The notes under the pieces were generated by a model. It did no database searches. It worked only from the letters and a program-made list of their open reading frames with translations, and was not told the origin of the DNA. A stretch of 64,000 bases of DNA, from NCBI GenBank assembly GCA_963575745.1, contig CAUYUJ010000259.1, positions 310,001 through 374,000 of the forward strand, given 5' to 3'. Position numbers and translations under genes: made by a program. Shown here piece by piece: positions 47,161-56,895 of this stretch. Numbering within the stretch: the first letter of the stretch is position 1; every line of letters starts with the position of its first letter. This DNA comes from Prorocentrum cordatum. Taxonomy: Eukaryota.

Positions 47161-48728
47161 TCGGCAGCACCAGCACGCAGCGGGCCGGGGTGTGCCATGA
47201 TCCAGAGGAGCAAGCTGCGTGGGAGGCCACCAAGCGCTGGTTCCGCGCATGGGCCCAGGCACCGGATCAGCCCGCCCTGGCGCAAGCAGCAGAGGACGAG
47301 GTGAGGGCCGGAGGAGCGCTCGCCGACGAGATGCACAAGAACCGCCGGCGCGCCCAGGCAGTCCGCTTCAAGATGATCGACGAGGACACGCTCATCGGAC
47401 CCCGCGAGGCCCCAGCCGCCGAGAAGGTCAAGCTGGACAAACGTGTGACACGCTCGAAAAGCCCTCGCAAAAAGAGCCCTCGGCGTGCCAAAGAGATGCC
47501 AGCAACCGACCTGGTGAGGCCGCAAGCGCTGGGCGTAGCTCGGAAGACCAACTGCCCCGGGAAGGAGCTCGCCCCCGCCGGCCGCGCTGAGCCTGGCGGA
47601 GCCAACTACGCCGGCTGGTTCGCGCAGCAGAAGATGGAGGCCATGCTGCAGAAACTCAGTGAAGGCACAAGGGCAGGTTACGAGGGGGGATGGCGGCTCT
47701 GGGTGGCCGTGCGCCAGGCGCAAGGGCTCAGCCCTTGGCTCCCAGGACGTGATCGCGAGGAGCGCCTGGCCGATGAGGAGGCGCTCATCAACTTCGCCGT
47801 CCTCCTAGCGCGGGTCGTCGGGAGGACCCAGGGGGCCATCAAGCAGAAGCTCTTCGCGGTGCGCTACGCCCACCTGGTGGCCGGCTACTCGGACCCCCTG
47901 CTCCACAGAGGCCGCCTCTGGAGCACGCTGGCAGGGCTGAAACGCTGGCAGGGGCCCGAGACCAAGCGGAAGAAGCCCGTCACGCCAGCCATGCTCGAAT
48001 GGCTCCGCGGCTTTCTCCAGCAGGAGGCCAAGCTCCCCGAGGAGGATGCAGTGGTCATCTGGGCGGCCATCGTGACAGCGTTTTTCTTCCTCCTGAGGGC
48101 CTCAGAGTACCTCCTCCAGGACGGGCGCTCGTGGTCCTTCGAGCGCGTGCTGCACGGGGAGGACGTGGAGCCCAAGAAGGAGGGGAAGCGCGTGGCCAGC
48201 TTCCAGGACGCCGACGAGATGGTGATCTACATCAAGGGCAGCAAGACGGACCAGCTCAATGTCGGGACGGTGAGGAACCACTACCGCGCCGGCACATCGC
48301 TCTGCCCGATCGCGGCGATGGAGCGGCTCCAGGCTCACCATCCTCAGCGGATAAAGGGCACCGAGGAACGGCTGCCCCTTTTCCGCTGGGCGTCAGGTAC
48401 ACCGATCCGCAGGGCAGAGGTACAGCACTTCCTGACGGTCGCGGGGCTGGCCGCCGGCCTCTCCAGGGAAGAGATCGGCAGCCATTCCCTGAGGATCGGC
48501 GGGGCAACTGCAATGTGCCACGTGACCGAGGACCTCTCCCGAGTGCGCCGATTCGGGCGCTGGCAGTCGGACGCGTTCCACGGCTACCTGTGGGAGTCGC
48601 ACGAGCCGATGAAGGGCATCTCCGGCAAGATGGCCAGGGGCAACTCCTCGTTGACCAACCCGGCGAAGGACAGCGCCCCCAGCAGAGCTGCCGCCGGCGC
48701 CGAGAGCGCCAGGCGTGAGAGCCCATGA
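46866..48728 (+). CDS. C-terminal segment with tyrosine recombinase (phage-integrase family); YR core ~47620-48640
   Basis: Complete R-K-H-R-W-Y set: FFFLLRASEY (R at 48096), IKGSKTDQ, GSHSLRIGGAT (H at 48483), GRWQSDAFHGY (Y at 48585). The start is set at the inferred frameshift, within ORF 46776-48728. Confidence 0.95.
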   Translation, partial: EDGAKHLIYSEEGPVGTIRWPGAELQGPGATLLRVTGGGGGTVRALTPQEVWRVQGGTNDEWTHLRAQGFTEDELLKGAARALPPRTAEAVLTAVTEALGSTSTQRAGVCHDPEEQAAWEATKRWFRAWAQAPDQPALAQAAEDEVRAGGALADEMHKNRRRAQAVRFKMIDEDTLIGPREAPAAEKVKLDKRVTRSKSPRKKSPRRAKEMPATDLVRPQALGVARKTNCPGKELAPAGRAEPGGANYAGWFAQQKMEAMLQKLSEGTRAGYEGGWRLWVAVRQAQGLSPWLPGRDREERLADEEALINFAVLLARVVGRTQGAIKQKLFAVRYAHLVAGYSDPLLHRGRLWSTLAGLKRWQGPETKRKKPVTPAMLEWLRGFLQQEAKLPEEDAVVIWAAIVTAFFFLLRASEYLLQDGRSWSFERVLHGEDVEPKKEGKRVASFQDADEMVIYIKGSKTDQLNVGTVRNHYRAGTSLCPIAAMERLQAHHPQRIKGTEERLPLFRWASGTPIRRAEVQHFLTVAGLAAGLSREEIGSHSLRIGGATAMCHVTEDLSRVRRFGRWQSDAFHGYLWESHEPMKGISGKMARGNSSLTNPAKDSAPSRAAAGAESARRESP

Positions 48729-49623
48729 GAGGCCGCAGCGGGCGCCGCCGGTGCTTACGCACCTGGCGTGCGCCCAACCCAAGCCGCCGGCTTCACGCCG
48801 TGCGCGCTTGGGTGCAGCCACCAGCCACCTGCCCCGCCGGCGAGTAGCCGCGCGCTCGCAGAGCACACCCGCCCGTGCCTTCAGCACTGGCTAATACCTC
48901 ACGGCAAAAGCACGCGTGCAGGCCCGTCCGTCAGGGCCCCACTAGCGCCTGGGATGCTGTGGGTCCCCTTGCAGCCCTGGACGAGGACCACGCTGGAACC
49001 CGCCTGGCACGCCGGCTCTCCATGCCAAGCCTGGGCGTGCCGGGCATACTGACGCCAGCTGTGCTACAGTAGCTGGCAGTCTGACGGCCCGGGTGGCCGC
49101 AGCGCTCGAATTCATGCGCAGGCACGGGCCCGCACCCCAGCGCCGGCCCGGGGAACCCCCTCTGTCAGGGGCAGGACCCTGCCCGCCCCGTGCACTTTGG
49201 GCACCTGTGGAGGCGGGGAGCCGGGAGATCTGGAGGCCGCGGCGCAGACGGGGATGCCAAGCGCCGGCCCGTGCCAAGCGCCAGCGACGACACCCTCGGG
49301 CCTCAGCCCGAGGTCGGGCTCCGCCGGCCATCAAGGTACCGGCGCGAGCCCAAGGCCTAGCCTCGCGGAGGACAGCCGCGCACGCCGGCATCAGTTGCCT
49401 GGCGGCAGTCGGCAGACAGAGGGCCAGTCGGGCCCCACACGCACGCCGGCGCACACGCCAGGCGATGCGCGACTCAGTGCCTAGACGGTGCCGGCGACAC
49501 AACGCCTGGCACCCAGTTTTGGTGACGCCCATCGGGGCGCCCACACAGCACGCCGGCGCGTAGAACCCGCCAGGCGGCCAGTGTGCAGGGGCACTGGCAG
49601 CAGCACCAGTATTATAGAACAAA

Positions 49624-49851
49624 GGCGGCGAGGCCCGCTTCGCGTGGCGGAAGGAGGGGCCCGCCTGGCGTGTCATCGCCGGCGGGAGGAGCGCGCGGCC
49701 AGCGCAGCAGCAAAATGGGGGGGGCTGCACCGCTGCCGCCATCATCGTCATCGTCTCCTGAGGGCTCGCTTCAACCGCTTCGCGGCTGGCACGTCCCGCG
49801 GCCTTAAAGCAGGCCGCGCTTTCGCTAGCGCCGCACTGTGGGGGCGGGGTC
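49624..49851 (+). repeat. Split direct repeat B1 (228 bp)
   Basis: ggcggcgaggcccgcttcgcg...gggggcggggtc is repeated at 50051-50278, with two substitutions seen by eye. Confidence 0.95.
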
Positions 49852-49983
49852 TTAGTTGTTTGACCTAAACGGTTGGACCCCGCCCTCCCCAGTCGGCTTG
49901 GGTTTCTCCTCTCCCTGCTCCTGCCTCTGCTTGCCCTTCCCCTTTTCCTCTCTCCCGCTCAAGCCTTCGGGGCTCAAAGCCCT
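49852..49983 (+). repeat. Split direct repeat A2 (internal copy of the 5' end, directly abutting B1)
   Basis: Copy of 34634-34766 with about one indel and one substitution. Confidence 0.95.
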
Positions 49984-50050
49984 CCCAGGGCCCAAAGGGG
50001 CCCTCTTTTGCCCGCCCACCCTGGGCTTTGCCTCGGTGTCCTACGGCACC

Positions 50051-50278
50051 GGCGGCGAGGCCCGCTTCGCGTGGCGGAAGGAGGGACCCGCCTGGCGTGT
50101 CATCGCCGGCGGGAGGAGCGTGCGGCCAGCGCAGCAGCAAAATGGGGGGGGCTGCACCGCTGCCGCCATCATCGTCATCGTCTCCTGAGGGCTCGCTTCA
50201 ACCGCTTCGCGGCTGGCACGTCCCGCGGCCTTAAAGCAGGCCGCGCTTTCGCTAGCGCCGCACTGTGGGGGCGGGGTC
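50051..50278 (+). repeat. Split direct repeat B2 (3' terminus)
   Basis: Copy of B1, followed by cta and then the host sequence caacaacaacggctcccgcc. Confidence 0.95.
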
Positions 50279-50347
50279 CTACAACAACAACGGCTCCCGC
50301 CTGATATTTCCTCCACATTTACTCAGGCGAAACCGCGACGACGGCGG

Positions 50348-50405
<58 letters not shown>

Positions 50406-51636
50406 AGCAGCGGCAGCGACGCTCACAACACTTTCGGGGGTCCTTTCTGCAGGTTCCCGTCGCCACGGCCGGGCGCCGCTCGAAACAGTTGTTCCGAGGA
50501 CACCGCCCAGCCGCCCAGGGACACGTGTGCAGCGTATCTGCGGTAATCCAGGATCGGCGCTCCCGCCTGGGACTCTCCCTCCTCTGTTTCGGGGGCGGGC
50601 CCTCCGCCCCCGAGACTGCGGGAGCCTGCGCGGTCTCTCCACGGCCGGTCCGTGGGCGGCTTTCCCGGGTCGGCCTCCCACCTCCCTCCCTCCTCCCTCC
50701 TCCCTCCTCCCTCCTCCCTCCTCCCTCCTCCCTCCTCCCTCCCCTCCTCCCTCCCTCCCTCCCTCCTCCTCCCTTCTCCCTCCCCTCTCCTGCCTCCCTC
50801 CTCCGTCCTCCCGTCTGCCTCCTCCCTCCCCTCTCCTGCCTCCTCCCTCCTCCCTCCTGTTTCTCCTCTCTCCTTCCTCGTCCCTCCTCCAAACTCCCTC
50901 CTCCCTCCCTTCCTCCCCCCTCTCTCTTTCTCTCCCTATCTCTCTCTCTCTCTCTCTCTCCCTCTAAATCGTCCTCCCCCCTCCGCGTCCCGTCCCTCCT
51001 AGCATCTTCCCTCCTCCCTCGTCCCTCCCTGCTCCCTTCCCTCCTCCCTCGTCCCTCCGCCCGCCCTTCCAAAGAGAAATAATCCCCTTCAGGATTCACC
51101 CTTTAGTCACCCGCCCGCCAGGTTTCGCCCGCCCGATCCGCCTGTTACAGCCCGCCCGTTCGCTCTCTTGGCATCTCGCCCGCCCGCTTTAAGCCACCGC
51201 CCGCCCGACCCGCCAGCGAGGGTCCGCCGCCCGACCCGTCCGTTGGCGTCCGCCCGCCCCGCCCGCCCGACCCGCCCCTCAGAGTCCGCCGCTCGACCCG
51301 TCTGTCTGGTTCGTCCGTTTGTTTACCTCCTCTTTTGCCCCCCCCCTCCTGCTAACCTCTTTCGTCCTCCATCCATCCTCCCCCTCTTGCCCCTTCCCTC
51401 TTCCCTCCCTCCCCCCACCCTTTTCCTCCTCGCTCTCCCTTCCTCCTTCCCCCTGCCCTTCCTGTTCTAGGGGCTGCGCCAACCACACGTGGCGAGTAAA
51501 AAAGATATACCCCCAAAGGGGTATGACCGAAGACGAAGAGGGTGGGTATCGAGGGTTTGGGATTTACATATTGAGTGACGCGCGCGCATATAAGAGCGAT
51601 CAGTCTTAAACTGATTGTTGAATATTATTACTTCTA

Positions 51637-52378
51637 AAGAATAATTATTGTTGGGCCCCCTGGTGCACGCCCCCCCCGCCGCGCCTAGGCCGCAGCCACG
51701 TTTTCATCACTTTCGTGAGGAAGCCTCAGGTAAAACGATGTCATCCAGATCCGGTTGTTTTGTTGACGCCCGCTTTCCCTTGCAAAAAATAATAAAGTGG
51801 ACATTTCTTGTTCTAACATATCAAACTTCAAGAATCCCTTGCAAAAAATAAGGTAAAGTGGACATTCGCGCGCGCAAGACGAAATCCTTCCAAAACCTTA
51901 GTTTCGTAACGCTTTTAACATAAAAACATCAAAACACCAATGGTTTTTCAAACAAAAAAATGTCAAAATTTCATCCCGCGCGCTCTTGCGGATTCGTAGG
52001 AAACCCAACACTTTTTAAACATTTCTGTCAAACGGGCTTTTGCTAGCAACTTTTTCGAACTTCTGCAACAACGGTTGCGCACCTGCCAGGGCCATCATCC
52101 CTGTCAAATAATACCATGCGGGACACATTCGTTTTTTCTTCGCGCGCGCACGCCGTCGTCGTCGGCCGCGGGGCCCTGAATAGTAGCCACGGTCGTCCGC
52201 ATGCCACGAAGTGAAGTGTCCGAACGTCATAGGGCGGGAAGCTGGGTGTGGGTGGTGGCGAAGAGTCGTTTGGAAATTTGGTAGAGCTTGAACCGGCCCC
52301 CCCACAAAGTGGGGGTATTGCCCGCATCCTATGAAAACCCTGGCACTGGTGAGAACGGAGTGTCCCCACGTGCTAGTA

Positions 52379-52381
<3 letters not shown>
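51637..52381 (+). repeat. ~750-bp repeat, copy 2
   Basis: Highly similar to 31650-32396. Confidence 0.9.
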
Positions 52382-52421
<40 letters not shown>

Positions 52422-52479
52422 GTGTGGAAACGCCTTCGCGGACAAGCTTCGATGTTATCTCCTGCGCCAAAAAAAAAAC

Positions 52480-53640
52480 ACGCACCAGCGATCCACAGTT
52501 GGGACGTTGGCGCGGTAGCGTAGGAGACGAGCACCGCAGTGATTCGCCTCAAGAGGCCAGCGGCCCGTTGCCGCCGATCGCGGGGCGGCGGCCGTGCACA
52601 ACCAATGTCACGGAGATGGCTATGGTGCTGCGCGGGGCTTGCCAGTGGCATCGGCGGATACGCCAGCTGCGGCCTATGCCGTCCGCCGAATTCGAGGACG
52701 AGGCCCTGCACTCTGGCGCCGCCTGGAGCTGCAGAGCGCACGGCGTCGGCAGCCTCGGCAGCGGACTCCCTGGACGCGCCAGCACTGGCGGTCGCCAAAT
52801 GTTCGCGGTGGTTGTGTGTGTTGGGGACTGTGCAGTCACCGTGGGCACCGGGGAGCGAGCAGTGGCCGCAGAGCTGGACGTCCACGCGCGGCTCACACAT
52901 GGTGGCAGTGGGTGCAAGGCCGGCTGCAAGAGAGCACGCACGCACGCCGCAGATTCGAGTCTGTTTTGCAGACGGTTGTGTGCTCCGCCGATGACGCAAG
53001 AGATTGCGTGATCTCTAAGCTCGTCGAGTGCGTGGCCACGGACCCTTCTGGCACGCGTGCGTTGTTGGCAGAAGCATTCAAAGGTGAAGAGCGGCAGCTG
53101 GAGACGCCGGCGGTAACTGGACCAGGGGGTCAAATCCCCACTGGCGTTGGCTGTAGGTCCAGACTCGTTTTCTGGACCACCTCCGGACAGCCAGTGCTTC
53201 CGCTGCCCAGGCGCCCTTGTCGAGAGTAAGGCGTCGGCCGCTCGGAGAATCCATCGTTTACGACGTGCCGCAGCGCTGCGCCTGCAGCTACCGCGCGTTT
53301 GATCGAAAATGCGTGGGCACCCGTTTGCGCATCAGGCCCCGGCTGTGGCATTCCCCACGCGTCGAGGTACACCCCGTTCGCCGCTAGCCAGCCAAGGCAA
53401 TGCCTGGCAGCAGCGAGCATGTCGGAGCGTTCGTACTCAACGTCGACTGGAGTTGGCTGGCTGCAAGTGGAAAGCAAGCTGCCGAGAGACTTTCGGCAGC
53501 GCGCGGCCGAGCCTGGCACGAAAAATATGTCTCGAGAGCCACGGGTCGAAGTGCCATGCCTGCATGGCTGAGCGGTGCAGTCATAGTGCTGAGGCAGGCC
53601 TGCCACTGCGAGTCCGTTTAAGCAGGCCCCAAGGCACCTG
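52480..53640 (-). pseudogene. 3' remnant of an RLE-type (CRE/SLACS-like) non-LTR retrotransposon
   Basis: Minus-strand frames give WLSGGGP...YRRRLQLPL...C...GHALDELRDHAISCVIGG (post-RT Zn-knuckle region), then RVDV...DCTV...AAEAAD...LVLEFGGR (restriction-like endonuclease pattern). It is frameshifted and runs toward an (AAC)n tract at 52381-52419. Confidence 0.6.
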
Positions 53641-54425
53641 TCCGGAAATTGCTTCTCCCGGGGCTCGCACCTCGTTTGCTTGCACAAGGGAAAACGAGAG
53701 GCAACTGAGTTGTTGGCCCCCGTTTTACAACAAAATCGGCTCCCGCCTGATATTTCCTCACAATTTGTTCCCTCTGTTTGCACGGGAGTCGCGCTCTCGA
53801 ATTGGATCTATTGCAATTTGTTTAGACGCCGCGCCCACGAAACTCAGGAATCACGCTCTTGCTGTGGATTTCCTCTTGATGTCTCTGGGAATCGCGCTAT
53901 CGCTCGAGAGTTCCTCGCGATCTATGCAGGACGGACGCACGCTTCAGCAACCCGCCTGGTCGACTTGGCCGCTTGAGCCCACCTTCCCCGCCCGCCCGTT
54001 AGGATCTATCCGCCCGATGTGCCCGTCTGGTCCTGATCATCTGCTTCTAGCCCCCTTCTCTTTTTTCTCACCCGTCCTCCCTTCCCCTGGCGCAGGGTCT
54101 ACCCATCCGATCTGCCCCCGCCCGACCTGCCCGTCTGGCTCTGACACGTGTTTTTTGTTTCTAGCCCCTCTCTTGCTACCCTCTCTCGTGTTCCATCCCC
54201 TCCGCCTTCCCGCTTTTACCCTTCCTTCCATCCGTTTTATTTTCCCCTGTTTGAAGGGGCTGCACGAAATACATGTTGCAGGTAAGAAGGATAGATACCC
54301 TCACGATTGAGTGTTGAATGGCACGCCGGAAGGTAAGAGCGATCAGTCTGAAAATTATGATCATGATTATTGTTGTTGTGGTTGTTGTTGGTGTTATTGT
54401 TGCAGTAGTCATTTCCGTTGTTGCG

Positions 54426-54457
<32 letters not shown>

Positions 54458-55401
54458 GATTGAATTTGTTGCGATTGTTGAAATGCCATCTCTAGGAACT
54501 GGCCAGTGTTGATCCCCCACTCAGGTATCCCTTTCATGTTTTTCCTTTAGATTGCTTTTCCCGGGGCTTGCACCGTGATTTTTCCCAACGAGGGGAAGCG
54601 AAGTGTCACCAAATTGCCCCCTGGACCCCGAGTTGCAACAACCACAACAACAACCACAACGGATCCCGCCTGGTACTTCCTCTGGGCTCAGAATTTGTTT
54701 CAAATTCGCATTATCGCGAGGTACTTCAGACTGCATGTAGGATTCGCTCTCTCTCGTGGGACACCCGTGCAATTTATTCAAACGTCGCGCCTCCAACCCT
54801 TCGGAATCACGCTGTCATTCTGCCCTTTCTCACGATGAACTTGGGAATCGCGCTCTCGCTCGAGACTGCCTCGCGATTCATGTTGACGCTTCGACAGCCC
54901 GCCTGCTCGATCTGGCCGCCTGGGCCCGCTTTCCCAACCCGCCTATCAGGGTCTACCCGCTCGATCTGCCCGTCGGGTTCTGCCACGCGCTTTCTGATCC
55001 TAGCTCCCCTCCTGATCATCTCTCTCGTGGTCCATCTTTGTCCCCCCCTTCCATCCGTCCTCTCTTCCACTGTTCTGGGGGCTGCGCCTTCCACACGCGG
55101 CAGGTAGGGATGATATACCCTCGAAGAGCGCGGGTACCGAGGAATTGGGATATACGTCTTGGACGGCATGCGGGCAGGTAAGAGCGAACATGTTTTAAAT
55201 ACGATTGTTGTTATTGTTACTATCGTTGTCGATGCCGTTGGTTTTGCCGCCGTTGTTGATGTTGGTGGTGTTGGTGTTCTTGGTGGTAGTGGTGTTGTTG
55301 GTGCTGTTGGTGTTGGTGGTGGTGTTGTTGTTGGTGTTGCTGTTATTGTTGTTGTTGTTGTTGTTGTTGTTGGTGTTGTTGTTGTTGTTGTTGTTGTTGT
55401 A

Positions 55402-55440
<39 letters not shown>

Positions 55441-56049
55441 GGTGTTGGTGTTGGTGTTGTTGTTGTTGTTGTTGTTGTGTGTGTGTGTTGTTGTTGGTGT
55501 TGTTGTTGTCGTTGTTGTTGCTGTTGTTGTTTTTGCTTGCTGTCGTCGTCCCGCCCGCGACCCGGCCGCCCGCAACCCACCCGCGACTGTCCCCGCGACT
55601 CGCCCCCGACCCGCCCGCGACCCACACTGCGCCCGTCCCCTCACTCTTATCCGCAACTTCGGGGTGCTCCATCAGAGTGACTGGGCCGAACGGTCATTCA
55701 TTGTCCCTGGGTGCATGGCTGAAGTGGGTATCTGTTACCAGGATTATGCTTGTTGCGTTGTTATTGTTGTTGTTGTTGTCGTCGTCCCACCCGCTACCCA
55801 CCCGCGACCCACCCCGCGACCCACCCCGCGACCCACCCCGCAACTTCGGGGTGCTACTTATTGAATCGCTTCGCTCATTCCGCCGGCCCGTGATATGGCA
55901 TCGCTGGTTTTTGTCTGTGTGTTCGTTGCCCATGTTGCGCTCTTGGGGGCGGGTGTCGTTCGGACGCGTTGCGTGGGGAGTTTTGATGGTGAAGCAGTTC
56001 CCTGGGGGTCGTCTCTCGATGGGGCGAAATAGAGTCGTCGTCAAGATGC

Positions 56050-56895
56050 TTCTTTGGGGGGCCTCTTGGGGTCTGTTGAGAGGCCGTTCGGGGGCGCCTG
56101 GGAGACATGTTTGAAGCCTTCTGGGGCTTCTTTTGGGCCTCCTGGGAGTCTCCTGGGGCCTCTTGGCGACATCTTGGGGCCTCTTGGAGGCCTCTTGGGG
56201 CCTCTTTGGGACCTCCTGGGCGCCTTCTGGGACGGAGGGCTCCATTTTTGAGTTCTCGGTATCCCTCCTGAGTCCCTCTTGGGCCCGTCTTGGGGCCTCT
56301 TGGTCCGTCTTGGGCGGCACTTGGGCCGTCTTGAGGGCTCTCTTGGGTCGTTTCGGCGCCGTCTTGGGAGCTTCGTGGGCCGTCTTGGAGCGGTCTTGGG
56401 GGCCTCTTGGGCCGTCTTGGAGCGTCCGGAAGCCGAAAAAGCCAGAACACAAAAAACATAGAAAAAACCAATGAAAATCAACGATTTTGGCCTCTTGGGG
56501 CTCTCTTCGGAGGCCTCTTGGAAGGCTCTTGGGGCGTCTTGGAGGCCTCTTGGGCTGTCTTGGGGGCCTTTTGGGCCGTCTTGGGGTCATCTTCGGCGTC
56601 TTCGAGCGCTCTTTGGGCGTCTCGGGGGCCTCTTGGGCAGTCTTGGGGGCCTCTTGGGGCACTCTGAGCGCGCTCTGGGGAGCCTGAGAGGCCGCACCCA
56701 GAAGGAAAACCATCTCTGAGTAGACTTGGTCGGGCGGCGGTCGGGCGGCGGTCGGGCGGCGGGCGTTGGTCGGGGTACTTTTCGCCGGGGGACCCCCAGG
56801 GGCCGCCCCGCGCGCGCGAACTAGAAATACTGTTAATACTGTTAACCAGTTACCGGAGATCTTAGCACGCCCTGGCCCGTTGGGCCGGCGAATTT
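56050..56895 (+). repeat. Interspersed element built on an ~11-bp ggggcctcttg/gggccgtcttg minisatellite (also ~1010-1420, 7130-7780, reverse ~60430-60900)
   Basis: The same degenerate unit and the same AT-rich internal block occur in several copies. Confidence 0.8.

Larger units (their letters stand above)
34634..50281 (+). mobile_element. Full-length tyrosine-recombinase retrotransposon (DIRS order, split-direct-repeat PAT/Ngaro-like architecture) carrying cytosine-methyltransferase-like domains
   Basis: RT, RNase H and YR motifs lie in co-oriented long ORFs. Terminal structure is A1 (34634-34766) ... B1 (49624-49851) A2 (49852-49983) spacer B2 (50051-50278). The flanks rejoin to the host motif ttggccccccggatta|caacaacaacggctcccgcc, seen uninterrupted in variant form at ~34340 and ~30045. 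Confidence 0.95.
28960..55530 (+). repeat. Degenerate tandem macro-repeat array (units ~1-2 kb), interrupted by the YR element and the LINE remnant
   Basis: Recurring ordered modules: gaataattattgttg (~28972, 29911, 31652, 32522, 34220, 51639), gggctcgcacc, caacaacggctcccgc (~29110, 32658, 34347, 50285, 53728, 54655), gatcgaagac..gggtatcgagggt (~29720, 31368, 33967, 51525, 55120), then (GTT)n. Confidence 0.8.

Noticed and set aside
46776..48728. Prophage or bacterial integrase (contamination)
   Set aside because: The YR is embedded with DIRS-type RT/RNase H inside split direct repeats, flanked by eukaryotic repeats.
34634..49983. A1/A2 as ordinary LTRs
   Set aside because: There are no TG..CA ends, PBS, TSD or DDE integrase, and the element extends through B2.
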